Shown here one piece after another: positions 18,741 to 27,852 of a stretch of DNA of 64,000 bases. Each line of letters begins with the position of its first letter. The first letter of the stretch is position 1. The DNA is from an uncultured Thermoleophilia bacterium. Its GTDB lineage: Bacteria > Actinomycetota > Thermoleophilia > UBA2241. Position numbers and translations under genes: made by a program. The notes beneath the pieces were generated by a model. The model searched no databases and was not told where the DNA came from. It was given only the letters and a program-made list of their open reading frames with translations. The stretch is from contig CAVQSP010000017.1 in NCBI GenBank assembly GCA_963715985.1, positions 192,001 to 256,000 of the forward strand. Reading direction: 5' to 3'.

Positions 18741-21266
18741 TCAGGCCGGGCGCCTGCGGGTCCACCGCCTCCGGCGGCGGGCCTGGCCGGGGTGTCGTCG
18801 TGAGACGGCTGCCCTGACGCCGGCCGCGTGCCGCCAGCCCGGCGCCGGCGCCGGGCGGTCCAGGCGGCCGAGGATGGCGTCGCCGTGCACCTCCGGGGCG
18901 CCGGCGATGCGCAGGACGTGAGCGCGGGCGGCGCGCCCCATGGCGGCGCGCCGCTCGCCGTCGGCCAGGAGGGCGCGCATGGCGTCCGCCAGCGCCGCCA
19001 CGTCGTCGCCCGGGACGAGGAGCCCCGTCCCGCCCGGGCGCATGTACTCATGCGGGCCGCCGCGGTCGCTGACGATCACGGGCAGGCCTGCGGCCTGCGC
19101 CTCGAGTACCACCAGCCCGCAGGTGTCGGTGCTGCTGGGGAACACGAAGACGTCGCTCGAGGCGTACACGCGGGCCAGCTCGTCCTGCGACACCCACCCG
19201 AGGAAGGTGGCGGGATAGCCTGCGAGGTCCTTCTCCATCTGTACCCGGTAGGGTCCGTCGCCGGCCACCACCAGGTGCGCGGGCACGCCTCCGTCCACGA
19301 CGTCGCGGAACGCCCTCGACAGCAGGTCGACGCTCTTCTCGCCCGCCACGCGCCCGGCGTACACCACGCGCGGCGCCCCGGCGGGGAGGCTGTCCGCGGC
19401 GAGAGAGCCGTCACGGTGAGCCGGAGAGAACCGCTCCCCGTCCACCCAACAGGGCAGTACGTGTACGCGTCGAGGGTCGATACCGTGCGCCACCAGGTCG
19501 CGGGCGGTGGCCCGTGACGGCGCGAACACGTCGTCCAGCATCCCGTAGAACCAGGCGATGTAGCGCCACGCGTACCGGTCCGCGCGGGAGCCCGGGTACA
19601 GGCGTTCCGCGTAGCGCGCCAGGTCGGTGTGGAAGGTGCCGGTCACCGGCAGGTGCAGCAGCTTCGCGGCGAGCAGGCCGACGAGACCCACGCCGCTCGC
19701 GGTGCTCACGTGGATCGACGTGAAATCGTGCTCGAAGAGGTAGTCGAGCACGTCCAGGATGGGCGGCGCCACCAGCGGGTAGTCGGGGTTGAGGTCGAGC
19801 CCGCGCGTGGCGCTGGCCTGGAAGTTCATGACGCCCTCATTGGGGCCGGTCGGCGCGCTCGTGGAGGTGATGATCTCGAGGTCCACACCGCGGTCGGCGG
19901 CCGTCTCGGCGAACTGGCGGATGCTGACCGACACTCCGTTGACCTCCGCCAGCGTGTCGGTGAACACCGCCACCTTGATCCTGCCCGGGCGCCGGCCGAG
20001 GAAGTGCAGCCGCAGCTCCTCCTGCGCTGCGCGATCGCGCGTCTGGAAGCTGAAGGCGATGAAGTAGCCGAGCTCCAGGAAGTGGATCATCGCGACGGCG
20101 AAGATGGCGTCCCGCCGCTGGCGCGGCGTAGTGCGCACGGCTGGGTCCACGAGGGGCTGCAGGTGCAGGCTGAGGGCGTCGCCGGCGAGGCGCGAGACGA
20201 CGGAGAAGAGGCGCCGGTTCAGCTCCCGGCTGCCGACCGAGTTGAGGCTCTCCGGCTCGCGCAGCAGGCTGCCGATCTCGCGGTCCAGCAGGTCCTCCCA
20301 CGCCTGGCCGCGGCCGTCCTCGGCTCGGTACAGACCGGGCACCACGCTGCGCGCCCCGCGCATGGTCTTCTCGAGGATGGGCACGTCACGGCCGATACGC
20401 CCGAAGCCGCTGCGCAGCACCTTGAGCACCCGCTGGCGCGGCTGCGGGTCGTCCAGACGCAGCATCTCGCGCAGGCGCCAGAACGACGCCGTGTAGATGC
20501 TGTGCGCCAGCACCCGGGCGTCGCCGTCCTCGCCCGCAGGTTCGCACTCGCGGCGCGCGACGGCGGCCAGGAAGCCCTCCGCGGTGCCGTCGCAGGGCGC
20601 CGCGGTGCAGGCGCCGGCGGCGAAGAGGCCGCTGTGGTCGTCGGAGCCGCCGGTGAGCCCTTTGCGCCAGGGGGACTCGCCGTACGGCTCGATGCCCTGG
20701 CGCTCGGCCATTGCGTACAGGGCCTCGGGCGTGAGAGCGGCGACGATGTCGCGCAGCAGGCCGCTGCAGCGGTCGACACGGGCGCCGTTGCGCCCTTCGA
20801 ACACGTTGAAGAGCAGGAGCATCTTCTCCACGACGTCCGGCGTCAGGTTGCCGGTCATGTCGAACAGCGGGTGCGCGAGGAAGTGAGCGACGCCGGCCTC
20901 GCGCAGACAGGTCACGAGGTCGTAGATCGACGGCCGCGCCGCCATGGCGTCGGCGAAGGTGCGCTCGTCCAGGCCCAAGGCCACCACGTGCACGCGGCAC
21001 TTCTCCTCGGGGAACCAGGTGTCGAACTCCGTGCCCAGGAAGGTGCCCGGCAGGTGGGCGATGGCCAGCGACCCGTCCAGCGTGTTGTGGTCGGTGATGG
21101 TGACGAAGTCCATGCCGCGCGCCTTCTCGGCGGCGTAGACGTCCGCCGGCGAGGTGTAGGACTCCTTGCCGCGGAAGAAGCGGATGGACCGGGCCGTGGG
21201 GTTCGTCGAACACTCCGAGTGCACGTGAAGGTCGGCCCGGCACCTCGTCTCGTGTGCGTCCACCAC
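18741..21266 (-). CDS. PHP-domain + GT4 glycosyltransferase fusion
   Basis: N-terminal DLHVHS, TITDHN, AHPL and GGSDDHS; C-terminal YAGRVAGEK and FPSSTDTCGLVVLEAQAAGLPV. Confidence 0.88.
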   Translation of the reverse strand: MVDAHETRCRADLHVHSECSTNPTARSIRFFRGKESYTSPADVYAAEKARGMDFVTITDHNTLDGSLAIAHLPGTFLGTEFDTWFPEEKCRVHVVALGLDERTFADAMAARPSIYDLVTCLREAGVAHFLAHPLFDMTGNLTPDVVEKMLLLFNVFEGRNGARVDRCSGLLRDIVAALTPEALYAMAERQGIEPYGESPWRKGLTGGSDDHSGLFAAGACTAAPCDGTAEGFLAAVARRECEPAGEDGDARVLAHSIYTASFWRLREMLRLDDPQPRQRVLKVLRSGFGRIGRDVPILEKTMRGARSVVPGLYRAEDGRGQAWEDLLDREIGSLLREPESLNSVGSRELNRRLFSVVSRLAGDALSLHLQPLVDPAVRTTPRQRRDAIFAVAMIHFLELGYFIAFSFQTRDRAAQEELRLHFLGRRPGRIKVAVFTDTLAEVNGVSVSIRQFAETAADRGVDLEIITSTSAPTGPNEGVMNFQASATRGLDLNPDYPLVAPPILDVLDYLFEHDFTSIHVSTASGVGLVGLLAAKLLHLPVTGTFHTDLARYAERLYPGSRADRYAWRYIAWFYGMLDDVFAPSRATARDLVAHGIDPRRVHVLPCWVDGERFSPAHRDGSLAADSLPAGAPRVVYAGRVAGEKSVDLLSRAFRDVVDGGVPAHLVVAGDGPYRVQMEKDLAGYPATFLGWVSQDELARVYASSDVFVFPSSTDTCGLVVLEAQAAGLPVIVSDRGGPHEYMRPGGTGLLVPGDDVAALADAMRALLADGERRAAMGRAARAHVLRIAGAPEVHGDAILGRLDRPAPAPGWRHAAGVRAAVSRRHPGQARRRRRWTRRRPA

Positions 21267-21339
21267 TTCACTCTACCGGATGCGCCGCGGCGGCGTGCGC
21301 GCTGTTGTGCGCGCCCGCGCGGCCCGCTACCATCGGCGC

Positions 21340-21870
21340 ATGGCTGCTCTCACTCACGTCGTGCTCACGGCCGTGGGCCCTGACCACCCCGGTCTCGTGG
21401 ACGCCGTCACCAGCTACGTCCTGGAGAGCGGCGGCAACCTCGAAGACAGCCGCATGGTCAACCTGCACGGCCAGTTCGCGATGATGCTGCTCGTGGCCGG
21501 GTCCACCGACACGGTGGCGGCGCTGCGCGACGGACTGCCCTCGCTGCAGAAGAAGGCGGGCGTCCACGCCCAGCTGCAGCCCGCCACGGCTGCGCCGTCG
21601 GCGGTCGCCGCGCTCCCCTGTCGCATCACCGCCTGGGCCATGGACCACCCCGGGCTCATGCAGTCGGTTGCGCACCTGCTCGCAGGACTGCACGTCAACA
21701 TCGAGAGCGCCGAGACGACGCTGAGCTCGGCGCCCCACACCGGCACGCCGCTCTTCACGATGCAGATGGTCGTGTCCGTGCCGGGCAGCACGCCCGTGGC
21801 CGAGCTGCGCGAGCAGCTCGGGCGCCTCTGCGACGACCTCAACATCGACTGGAGCCTGTCGGCGCTCTGA
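21340..21870 (+). CDS. Tandem ACT-domain protein, GcvR-like
   Basis: LTAVGPDHPGLV...GNLEDSRM and AMDHPGL...NIES. Confidence 0.85.
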   Translation: MAALTHVVLTAVGPDHPGLVDAVTSYVLESGGNLEDSRMVNLHGQFAMMLLVAGSTDTVAALRDGLPSLQKKAGVHAQLQPATAAPSAVAALPCRITAWAMDHPGLMQSVAHLLAGLHVNIESAETTLSSAPHTGTPLFTMQMVVSVPGSTPVAELREQLGRLCDDLNIDWSLSAL

Positions 21871-21970
21871 GGCCCGGGACGCGGGTGCCGGCGTCCCGTC
21901 CCACGACTCCGCGGGATCCTTTGCCGCCGCCCGGCTCGCGTCCGGACCCGCCTCGCTACTCGGCCCCGCT

Positions 21971-23671
21971 TCAGCGCTGCGCGAGGAGCCGGGCCGCTTC
22001 GTCTGAGGGGAAGCTCGGCCACGGCGCCGGCCGGCCGCCGGAGAAGGCGCGCACGCCGGCGCCGCGGGCGCCGACTTCGGCGATCACCGTGGCCCGGATG
22101 CCGGCAGCGCCGAGCGCCTGCACCAGGCGCGCCGACTCGTGCGGCAGGCAGCAGATGAGCAGGCTGCCCGAGGCGATGAGGCCCAGCGGGTCGGCGCCCA
22201 GCAGGGCGCACACGCGCGCCGTCTGCGGGAGGATGGGCACGGCGTCGCGGTCCACGTCCAGGCCGTGCCCGCCGGCCTGGCAGAGCTCGCGCAGCGCCGT
22301 GGCCAGGCCGCCCTCCGTGACGTCGTGCATGGCGCGCACGCCGGCGAAGCCGGCGGCGATGCGCGCCTCGGGCGTCACGCTCATGAGCGGCAGCAGGCCG
22401 CGGCACTCCTCGAGCTCGGCCGCGGTCATGCCGAGCGCCTGCAGGCGCTCGGCCGCCTCCGCGGCCAGGATGGCCGTGCCCTCCACGGCGATGGCCTTGG
22501 TCAACACCACGTGGTCGCCGGGGCGGATGTCGCGTTTGTCGCGGAGGCCCGCGCGCGGCAAGGTGCCGAGCGCCGTCACCGAGACCACCGGCCGCGTGAC
22601 GGCGTCGGTGATCTCCGTGTGCCCGCCCACCACGGCCGTGCCCTGCTCCCGCGCCGCCGCGGCGACGTCGTCCAGCAGGGCGAGCGCCTGCGACGGCGTG
22701 GTGCCGGGGGGGAAGAGGACGGTGGCCAGCAGCCAGCGCGGCTCTGCCCCCGCGGTGGCGATGTCGTTGGCGTTCACCGTGGCCGCGAAGCGCCCGACCT
22801 CACCGCCGGTGAGCGTGATCGGGTCGCCGTGCGCCACCAGCGTGGTCTGCCCGGCGATGTCCAGCGCCACCACGTCCTCGCCGACGCCGGCCGGGACGAG
22901 CACTGCCGGGTCGGCCTCGCCTCCGCCGGCGTCGCCCAGGTGCGCGGCCAGCAGGTCGTTGGGCAGCTTGCCCGGTGGCAAGGGCAGGCCGAGCCGCACC
23001 ACGTCGTCCAGCTCCGCGAGGCTGTGCACCACGAAGTCGCAGGCGGCAGGGTGCGGCTGCACCAGCTCGGCGTCGCCGTCGGGTCCCGCGACGCCCTCGG
23101 ACATCCCGGCGTGGCCGCCGTTGGTGAGGTAGGCGGTCACGGCCCCGGCGGCGCGGCCCGCCTCCACGTCCAGGACGTAGTCACCCACCATCAGCGTCTC
23201 TTCGGGCGGCACGCCCATGGCCGCGGCGGCGTGGAGCACGCCGTCGGGCGCCGGTTTGGGCGCCGCCTCGTCGTCGCGCGTCACGACCACGTCGAACGCG
23301 GCGGGGCCGAGGTGCGCGAACCGCGCCAGGGCGAGCTCCACGGCGGCGCGGCCGTTCCGCGTGAGCACGCCGACCTTGAGGCCGGCGGCGTGCAGCCGCT
23401 GCACGAGCTCCTCGGCACCCTCGTTGGGCTCCGACCCGGCCGCCCCCGCGAGCTCGAAGCGCTCGAGGGCGTCCAGCGCCGCCTGCCGCTGGGCACCGTC
23501 GGGCAGCGCCAGGATCCACTCCAGCACGAAGCGGTCCGGCGGGCAGCCGATCGCGTTCTTGAGGGCGGGGAAGTCAAGGGCGTCCGGGCGCGTGAGCGTG
23601 CCGTCGAAGTCGAAGATGACGGCACGCAGGCGGAAGGGTCTGATGGTGTTCACGGCGATCACACCGGGCAC
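21971..23671 (-). CDS. HAD-IA hydrolase fused to an AIR synthase-related (PurM/HypE/ThiL superfamily) domain
   Basis: FDFDGTL, KPAPDG and MVGDY (HAD); GKLP, GVGED, NANDIA, GGHTEIT, MHDVTEGG and LIASGSLL (AIRS). Confidence 0.88.
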   Translation of the reverse strand: MPGVIAVNTIRPFRLRAVIFDFDGTLTRPDALDFPALKNAIGCPPDRFVLEWILALPDGAQRQAALDALERFELAGAAGSEPNEGAEELVQRLHAAGLKVGVLTRNGRAAVELALARFAHLGPAAFDVVVTRDDEAAPKPAPDGVLHAAAAMGVPPEETLMVGDYVLDVEAGRAAGAVTAYLTNGGHAGMSEGVAGPDGDAELVQPHPAACDFVVHSLAELDDVVRLGLPLPPGKLPNDLLAAHLGDAGGGEADPAVLVPAGVGEDVVALDIAGQTTLVAHGDPITLTGGEVGRFAATVNANDIATAGAEPRWLLATVLFPPGTTPSQALALLDDVAAAAREQGTAVVGGHTEITDAVTRPVVSVTALGTLPRAGLRDKRDIRPGDHVVLTKAIAVEGTAILAAEAAERLQALGMTAAELEECRGLLPLMSVTPEARIAAGFAGVRAMHDVTEGGLATALRELCQAGGHGLDVDRDAVPILPQTARVCALLGADPLGLIASGSLLICCLPHESARLVQALGAAGIRATVIAEVGARGAGVRAFSGGRPAPWPSFPSDEAARLLAQR

Positions 23672-23707
23672 GTCAGCGCCGCACCTCGCGGCTGCCGCGG
23701 CGGGCTC

Positions 23708-25204
23708 TCACTTGCGCGCGTAGGCTTTGAGGCAGACGTTGGCTTCGGGGTTGTCGGTGTCCTCCGCAAGGTCCACCCACTTCTCCGTGTCGCCGTAGCG
23801 CATGAAGCTCTGCCCCGTCGCCGCCACGGCGTGGTTGAGATAGCTGTCCCCGGTGCTGGGGGCCTCCACGGCCATGGGCTGCGCCGAGCCGGGCGTCACC
23901 AGCCGGACGGCGACCACGAAACGCTTGCCCTTGGTCACGGCCAGGGGCGTGACGAGATCGGCGGTGGCGAAGCCGGGCAGCTTGATCGTGCCCTGGCCGC
24001 GCAGCGTCAGGGAGTCGAGCGTGGGGCCGGCCCACACCTGGTAGCCGGTGGCGGCCACGGGCGCGTAGAAGCCCACAGCGACGATGCGCTCCGAGGCCTT
24101 GGCGGTGAAGCGGTTGGCCCCCCAGGCGATGGAGGGGTCCGCCACGTCCGGGTAGCCGAGCGACGTGGTCCACCCCAGGGTGTCGTACTGGTAGTTGCGG
24201 CGGTAGGAGCTCACGTCGTCTACGCGCGAATAGCTGGTGCAGGGCCCGTAGGCGAAGGAGCGATCGTAGTAGGAGACCCAGACGTAGCCTCCGTCGCCGT
24301 AGGACCTGCCCCAGCTGTTGCGGGTCAGGAAGGCCCCGTCGCCCGGCGGCTGGCCCGAGGCGGTCGTGGTGAACTTCGCCGCCGGGTAGCCGTCGTCCCA
24401 GCCGACGACGTCCACGCCGTGGTTCTCGCCGACCTCGATGCCCTTGTACGTCTCGCCGGCGGCCACGTCGCAGTAGTACGACGGCGTGCGCAAGCTGGTC
24501 GAGCGCTTGGACGAGTCAAAGGAGGAGTCGTAGTACATGCCCACGCTCAGGGCGCCGTTCTCCATCACCAGCTTCTTGATGAGCTCGTTGTCGAGCGGGT
24601 CGGTGCGGCCGGGCAGCATGACGGCCTCCTGCACGTGCTTTGCCACCGTGACCTTCTTGGGAGACTTCCCGTCACCGTACTTGTCCTGGGTCTCCGGCAC
24701 CGGCCCGGCCCAGCGCGCCAGGTACGCGACGGCCATGAAGTCCCACCCGCCCCAGCTGTACGCGTCGTAGGGGGCGGGGAACGGCCCGAAGCCGCTGCGC
24801 AGCACGAGGTTGTCCTCGCTGAAGTCCCACTGCTTGGCGGGCAGGAGTAGCGACTCCACCGCGGCGAGGTTGGCGAACGCCCAGCAGGTGCCCAGGTCGC
24901 CCTGGTCGCGGACGGGCGACAGACGGCCGGTGGGGCGGAGGTCGTACGTGTACGGCAGCACGGTCGCAGCGCGGGCGCTGAGGCGCTCCCGTACGGCGGG
25001 AGAGATGCGCGTGGTGAGCGGGGCCGGGCGCTTGCCGAAGACGCCGGCGAGCGGGTCGTGGAGCGACTCGACGAACGCCTGGTCGAGCGGCCCGGACTGC
25101 GGCAGGCGCCCCTGCTGCGCCGCCGTGGCGGCGCCGGCGAGCACGAGCACAAATGCGACGGCGCAGGCGAAGACCGCCGCCGTCGCCCTCATCCGTCCCC
25201 GCAT
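23708..25204 (-). CDS. Secreted papain-family (C1A) cysteine peptidase with C-terminal lectin-like domain
   Basis: Signal peptide; QGDLGTCWAF, NHGVDVVGWDD and RNSWG; NYQYD..GW and NVCLKAY. Confidence 0.92.
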   Translation of the reverse strand: MRGRMRATAAVFACAVAFVLVLAGAATAAQQGRLPQSGPLDQAFVESLHDPLAGVFGKRPAPLTTRISPAVRERLSARAATVLPYTYDLRPTGRLSPVRDQGDLGTCWAFANLAAVESLLLPAKQWDFSEDNLVLRSGFGPFPAPYDAYSWGGWDFMAVAYLARWAGPVPETQDKYGDGKSPKKVTVAKHVQEAVMLPGRTDPLDNELIKKLVMENGALSVGMYYDSSFDSSKRSTSLRTPSYYCDVAAGETYKGIEVGENHGVDVVGWDDGYPAAKFTTTASGQPPGDGAFLTRNSWGRSYGDGGYVWVSYYDRSFAYGPCTSYSRVDDVSSYRRNYQYDTLGWTTSLGYPDVADPSIAWGANRFTAKASERIVAVGFYAPVAATGYQVWAGPTLDSLTLRGQGTIKLPGFATADLVTPLAVTKGKRFVVAVRLVTPGSAQPMAVEAPSTGDSYLNHAVAATGQSFMRYGDTEKWVDLAEDTDNPEANVCLKAYARK

Positions 25205-25335
25205 GCACGATCCTTTCGTCCGTCAGTCCGACGACCAGTGTAGCGCGGCCCCCGGTGCTTGTCGCCTCGGAGCGTGGCAACGCTCAAAACGGCGGCGAAG
25301 CGCCACCTCCCCGGCGCCTCGGGAGGGCCCGATAC

Positions 25336-25362
25336 GGTTTGCGCGTGTGCCTGCCCGGGCAA
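25336..25362 (+). promoter_or_regulatory. SigB/SigF-like promoter upstream of the PRC-barrel gene
   Basis: GGTTT-N16-GGGCAA. Confidence 0.5.
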
Positions 25363-25418
25363 CCTGCCAGCCAACACGTGCCAAGTATCCGGCTCACCGG
25401 CCCGATCCTGGAGGGACC

Positions 25419-25856
25419 ATGGCCACGATCTCCCTGACTGCCGAACAGCTCACCGGACGCGAACTGCTCGACGAGACCGGCCGCGACATCGGCGCGATCA
25501 CCGATCTCTACGTAGACGACGACGGGCGCCCGCACTGGCTGCTCGTCGACACGGGCTTCTTCCCCAACTTCTTCAGCGTGATCCCGGTCACCGACGTGGT
25601 GGTCAGCGACCGCGGCCTCGAGGTGCACTACTCGATGGAGAAGCTCACAGGGGCCCCCAACAACATGAAGGACAAGGACTACGCCAGGCATCGCGAAGGC
25701 CTTCTGTACGACTACTACCGCCTGCTGGCGCCCGCCGCGGTGACCGACGCCACCAATCACGGTGCCGACGGGGAGGTGCTCCTGCCGCCCAGCGCGCTCT
25801 GCCGCTTCTCGACCCTCTCCTGTGAGAACAAGCCGGTGGAGTACCCGGCCGAGTAG
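25419..25856 (+). CDS. PRC-barrel domain protein
   Basis: LTGRELLDETGRDIGAITDLYVDD...WLLVDTGFF...LYDYY; GGAGG RBS. Confidence 0.85.
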   Translation: MATISLTAEQLTGRELLDETGRDIGAITDLYVDDDGRPHWLLVDTGFFPNFFSVIPVTDVVVSDRGLEVHYSMEKLTGAPNNMKDKDYARHREGLLYDYYRLLAPAAVTDATNHGADGEVLLPPSALCRFSTLSCENKPVEYPAE

Positions 25857-26003
25857 GCGGCATCGCGCCGGCGCCCTCCCCGCCGGCGAGCGCCGAGCGC
25901 GCGTCCTTTGCCTCCGCGCACGGGCCAGATAGAGTCGGCCCGCGTACCGAACGTTCAGTCACCGTTCGTGGGAGGAGAGGCGGAGTGAGTCGCGAGGCCG
26001 CCT

Positions 26004-26609
26004 GTGAGGCGCGAGGAGCGGGCGCGGATACGGCGTCGGGAGATGCTGGCCGCGTACTACGAGGTGCTGCTCGAGGAAGGCCTGCAGGGCGCCTCCGTGG
26101 CCAAGGTCGCGCGCAAGGCGGGCGCCCCGCCCAGCCTGCTCATCCACTACTTCGGCACCAAAGAGCAGATGACCATCGAGCTGGTGGACTACCTGCTCGA
26201 GCGCTACCACGAGACGTACAGCGCCGACTTCGCGCGGATCGCCGACCCGCTGGAGCGGCTCTACGCCATCGTCGACGCCCTGTTCAGCGTGGAGTACCAC
26301 CAGCTCATGGACGACCGCGCCTTCTACGCGCTCTTCTACGTGAGCCTCACACACCCCACCGTGCGGCGCGCGTTCGCGCGCGTGTACGAGGACTCGCTCG
26401 GCCTCATAGAACGCGCCCTCGTCGAGTGCATGGCGGCCGGGAGCCTGGCCGCCGGCGATGCCCACGAGCTGGCCGTCACCCTCAAGGCCCTCGAGGAGGG
26501 CTACGCCTTTCTCATCGGCGGCGGCGCCGAGGAGACCGCCAAGGCCGAGATCGGCAGCGCGCTGCGCAGCCGCGCGCTGCAGCTGCTCGGCCTCCCCGGC
26601 CGCCCCTGA
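26004..26609 (+). CDS. TetR family regulator (BetI-like)
   Basis: EEGLQGASVAKVARKAGAPPSLLIHYFGTK. Confidence 0.9.
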   Translation: MRREERARIRRREMLAAYYEVLLEEGLQGASVAKVARKAGAPPSLLIHYFGTKEQMTIELVDYLLERYHETYSADFARIADPLERLYAIVDALFSVEYHQLMDDRAFYALFYVSLTHPTVRRAFARVYEDSLGLIERALVECMAAGSLAAGDAHELAVTLKALEEGYAFLIGGGAEETAKAEIGSALRSRALQLLGLPGRP

Positions 26610-26888
26610 TCCAAGACGCCGGAACCCGCTGCCGAAGCAGAGAGCAGGGGGAGGGCGCCACCGGGGCGGTCCACACGCTCGCCGCCCCCCGACCGCGACG
26701 GGGCCCGGGACGTCAGAGGTGGACGGTGAAGACCAAGCTCGCAGTTAGGTCGGCAGGGCGCCGCTGATCGCCGACCACACCCAGGTGCCGGCCGCAGCGA
26801 CGCCGGTGAAGACCTTCCGGGTGCACGTCGCGGCCGAGCCCGGGTGGCGGCCCATGACGTTCACGGCCGCCGGCCGGGCCGCCACATG

Positions 26889-27728
26889 TCAGTTGAGGCC
26901 GAAGCGCAGCTCGTCGCCCTCGTCCGCGCCGAAGTAGTGCGCGGTCTCGTGCAGGACGGTGATGCGGATCTGCTCCGCGAGGTCGGCCTCGCTGTCGTCC
27001 TCGTCGTCGATCTCGCGCTCCAGGTTGCGCTGGAACAGGTGGATGAGGCCGGTGTCGGGGCCGGGGCTCAGGGTGGACCGGTCCGGCATGGCGATGCCGT
27101 GGAAGAGGCCCAGCGTGCGCGGGTCCAGGCCCTCGAGTACGAGGGCTTCGGACGGCCGGTCCTCGACGAAGATGGGCACGTTGCGCAGGTGAGCGAGGAC
27201 CTCCGGCGGCAGCTCCTCCAGAGCGTCCTCGGCGATCTGGTCGAAGCGTGACGGGTCCACGCGCGGTTCGGGTGGGTCGTTGGCCGCGTCCAGGCGCAGC
27301 ACGGCCAGCCACTCGGTGACCATGCCCTTGCGGTCGCCCTTGTCCTCGCAGGCCATGCCGAGCAGGTGCCGGGCGTCGGCCTCGTCGAGGGGGTCCAGCT
27401 CGAAGTCGGCGAGCAGCTCGCGCAGCAGGCGCGCGCATTCGCCGGGCTCGCCGTTTTCCAGGTACACCTCGGCGCTGCCCAGCCAGGGCTCCGCGTCGCC
27501 GGGGTCGACCTCGCTCCAGCGGCGGAACGCCTCCAGAGCGTCGTTCGGACGGTCGTCGGCGAGGGCGCACTCGGCCTCCAGCTCCAGCACCGCCGGGTCG
27601 TCGGGAGCGTCCTCGCGAGCGCGTTTGAGGGCCCGCAGCGCGGCGCGTACGTCATCCTCCTCCAAGGCGTCCCACGCCTCGTCGAGGTGACGCTGTGTCT
27701 CCGGGTCGAGAGGGTTCTCTTCGTCCAC
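26889..27728 (-). CDS. TPR repeats + minimal zincin (Zincin_1/DUF1025-like) metallopeptidase
   Basis: Helical TPR-like N-terminus; LGLFHG, LFQRNLE and ITVLHETAHYFG (HExxH); start approximate. Confidence 0.85.
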   Translation of the reverse strand: MDEENPLDPETQRHLDEAWDALEEDDVRAALRALKRAREDAPDDPAVLELEAECALADDRPNDALEAFRRWSEVDPGDAEPWLGSAEVYLENGEPGECARLLRELLADFELDPLDEADARHLLGMACEDKGDRKGMVTEWLAVLRLDAANDPPEPRVDPSRFDQIAEDALEELPPEVLAHLRNVPIFVEDRPSEALVLEGLDPRTLGLFHGIAMPDRSTLSPGPDTGLIHLFQRNLEREIDDEDDSEADLAEQIRITVLHETAHYFGADEGDELRFGLN

Positions 27729-27852
27729 GGCGTGAACTATACCCGTGCAGGTGTCCGCCGAGGCATGGGTCCACGCGCCGCGTGTGTCCACAGTGGCGGC
27801 GGCGAGTGTGCCGGAATGGCCGGGGCGCCGGGGCTCTGGTATATACAGGGAC

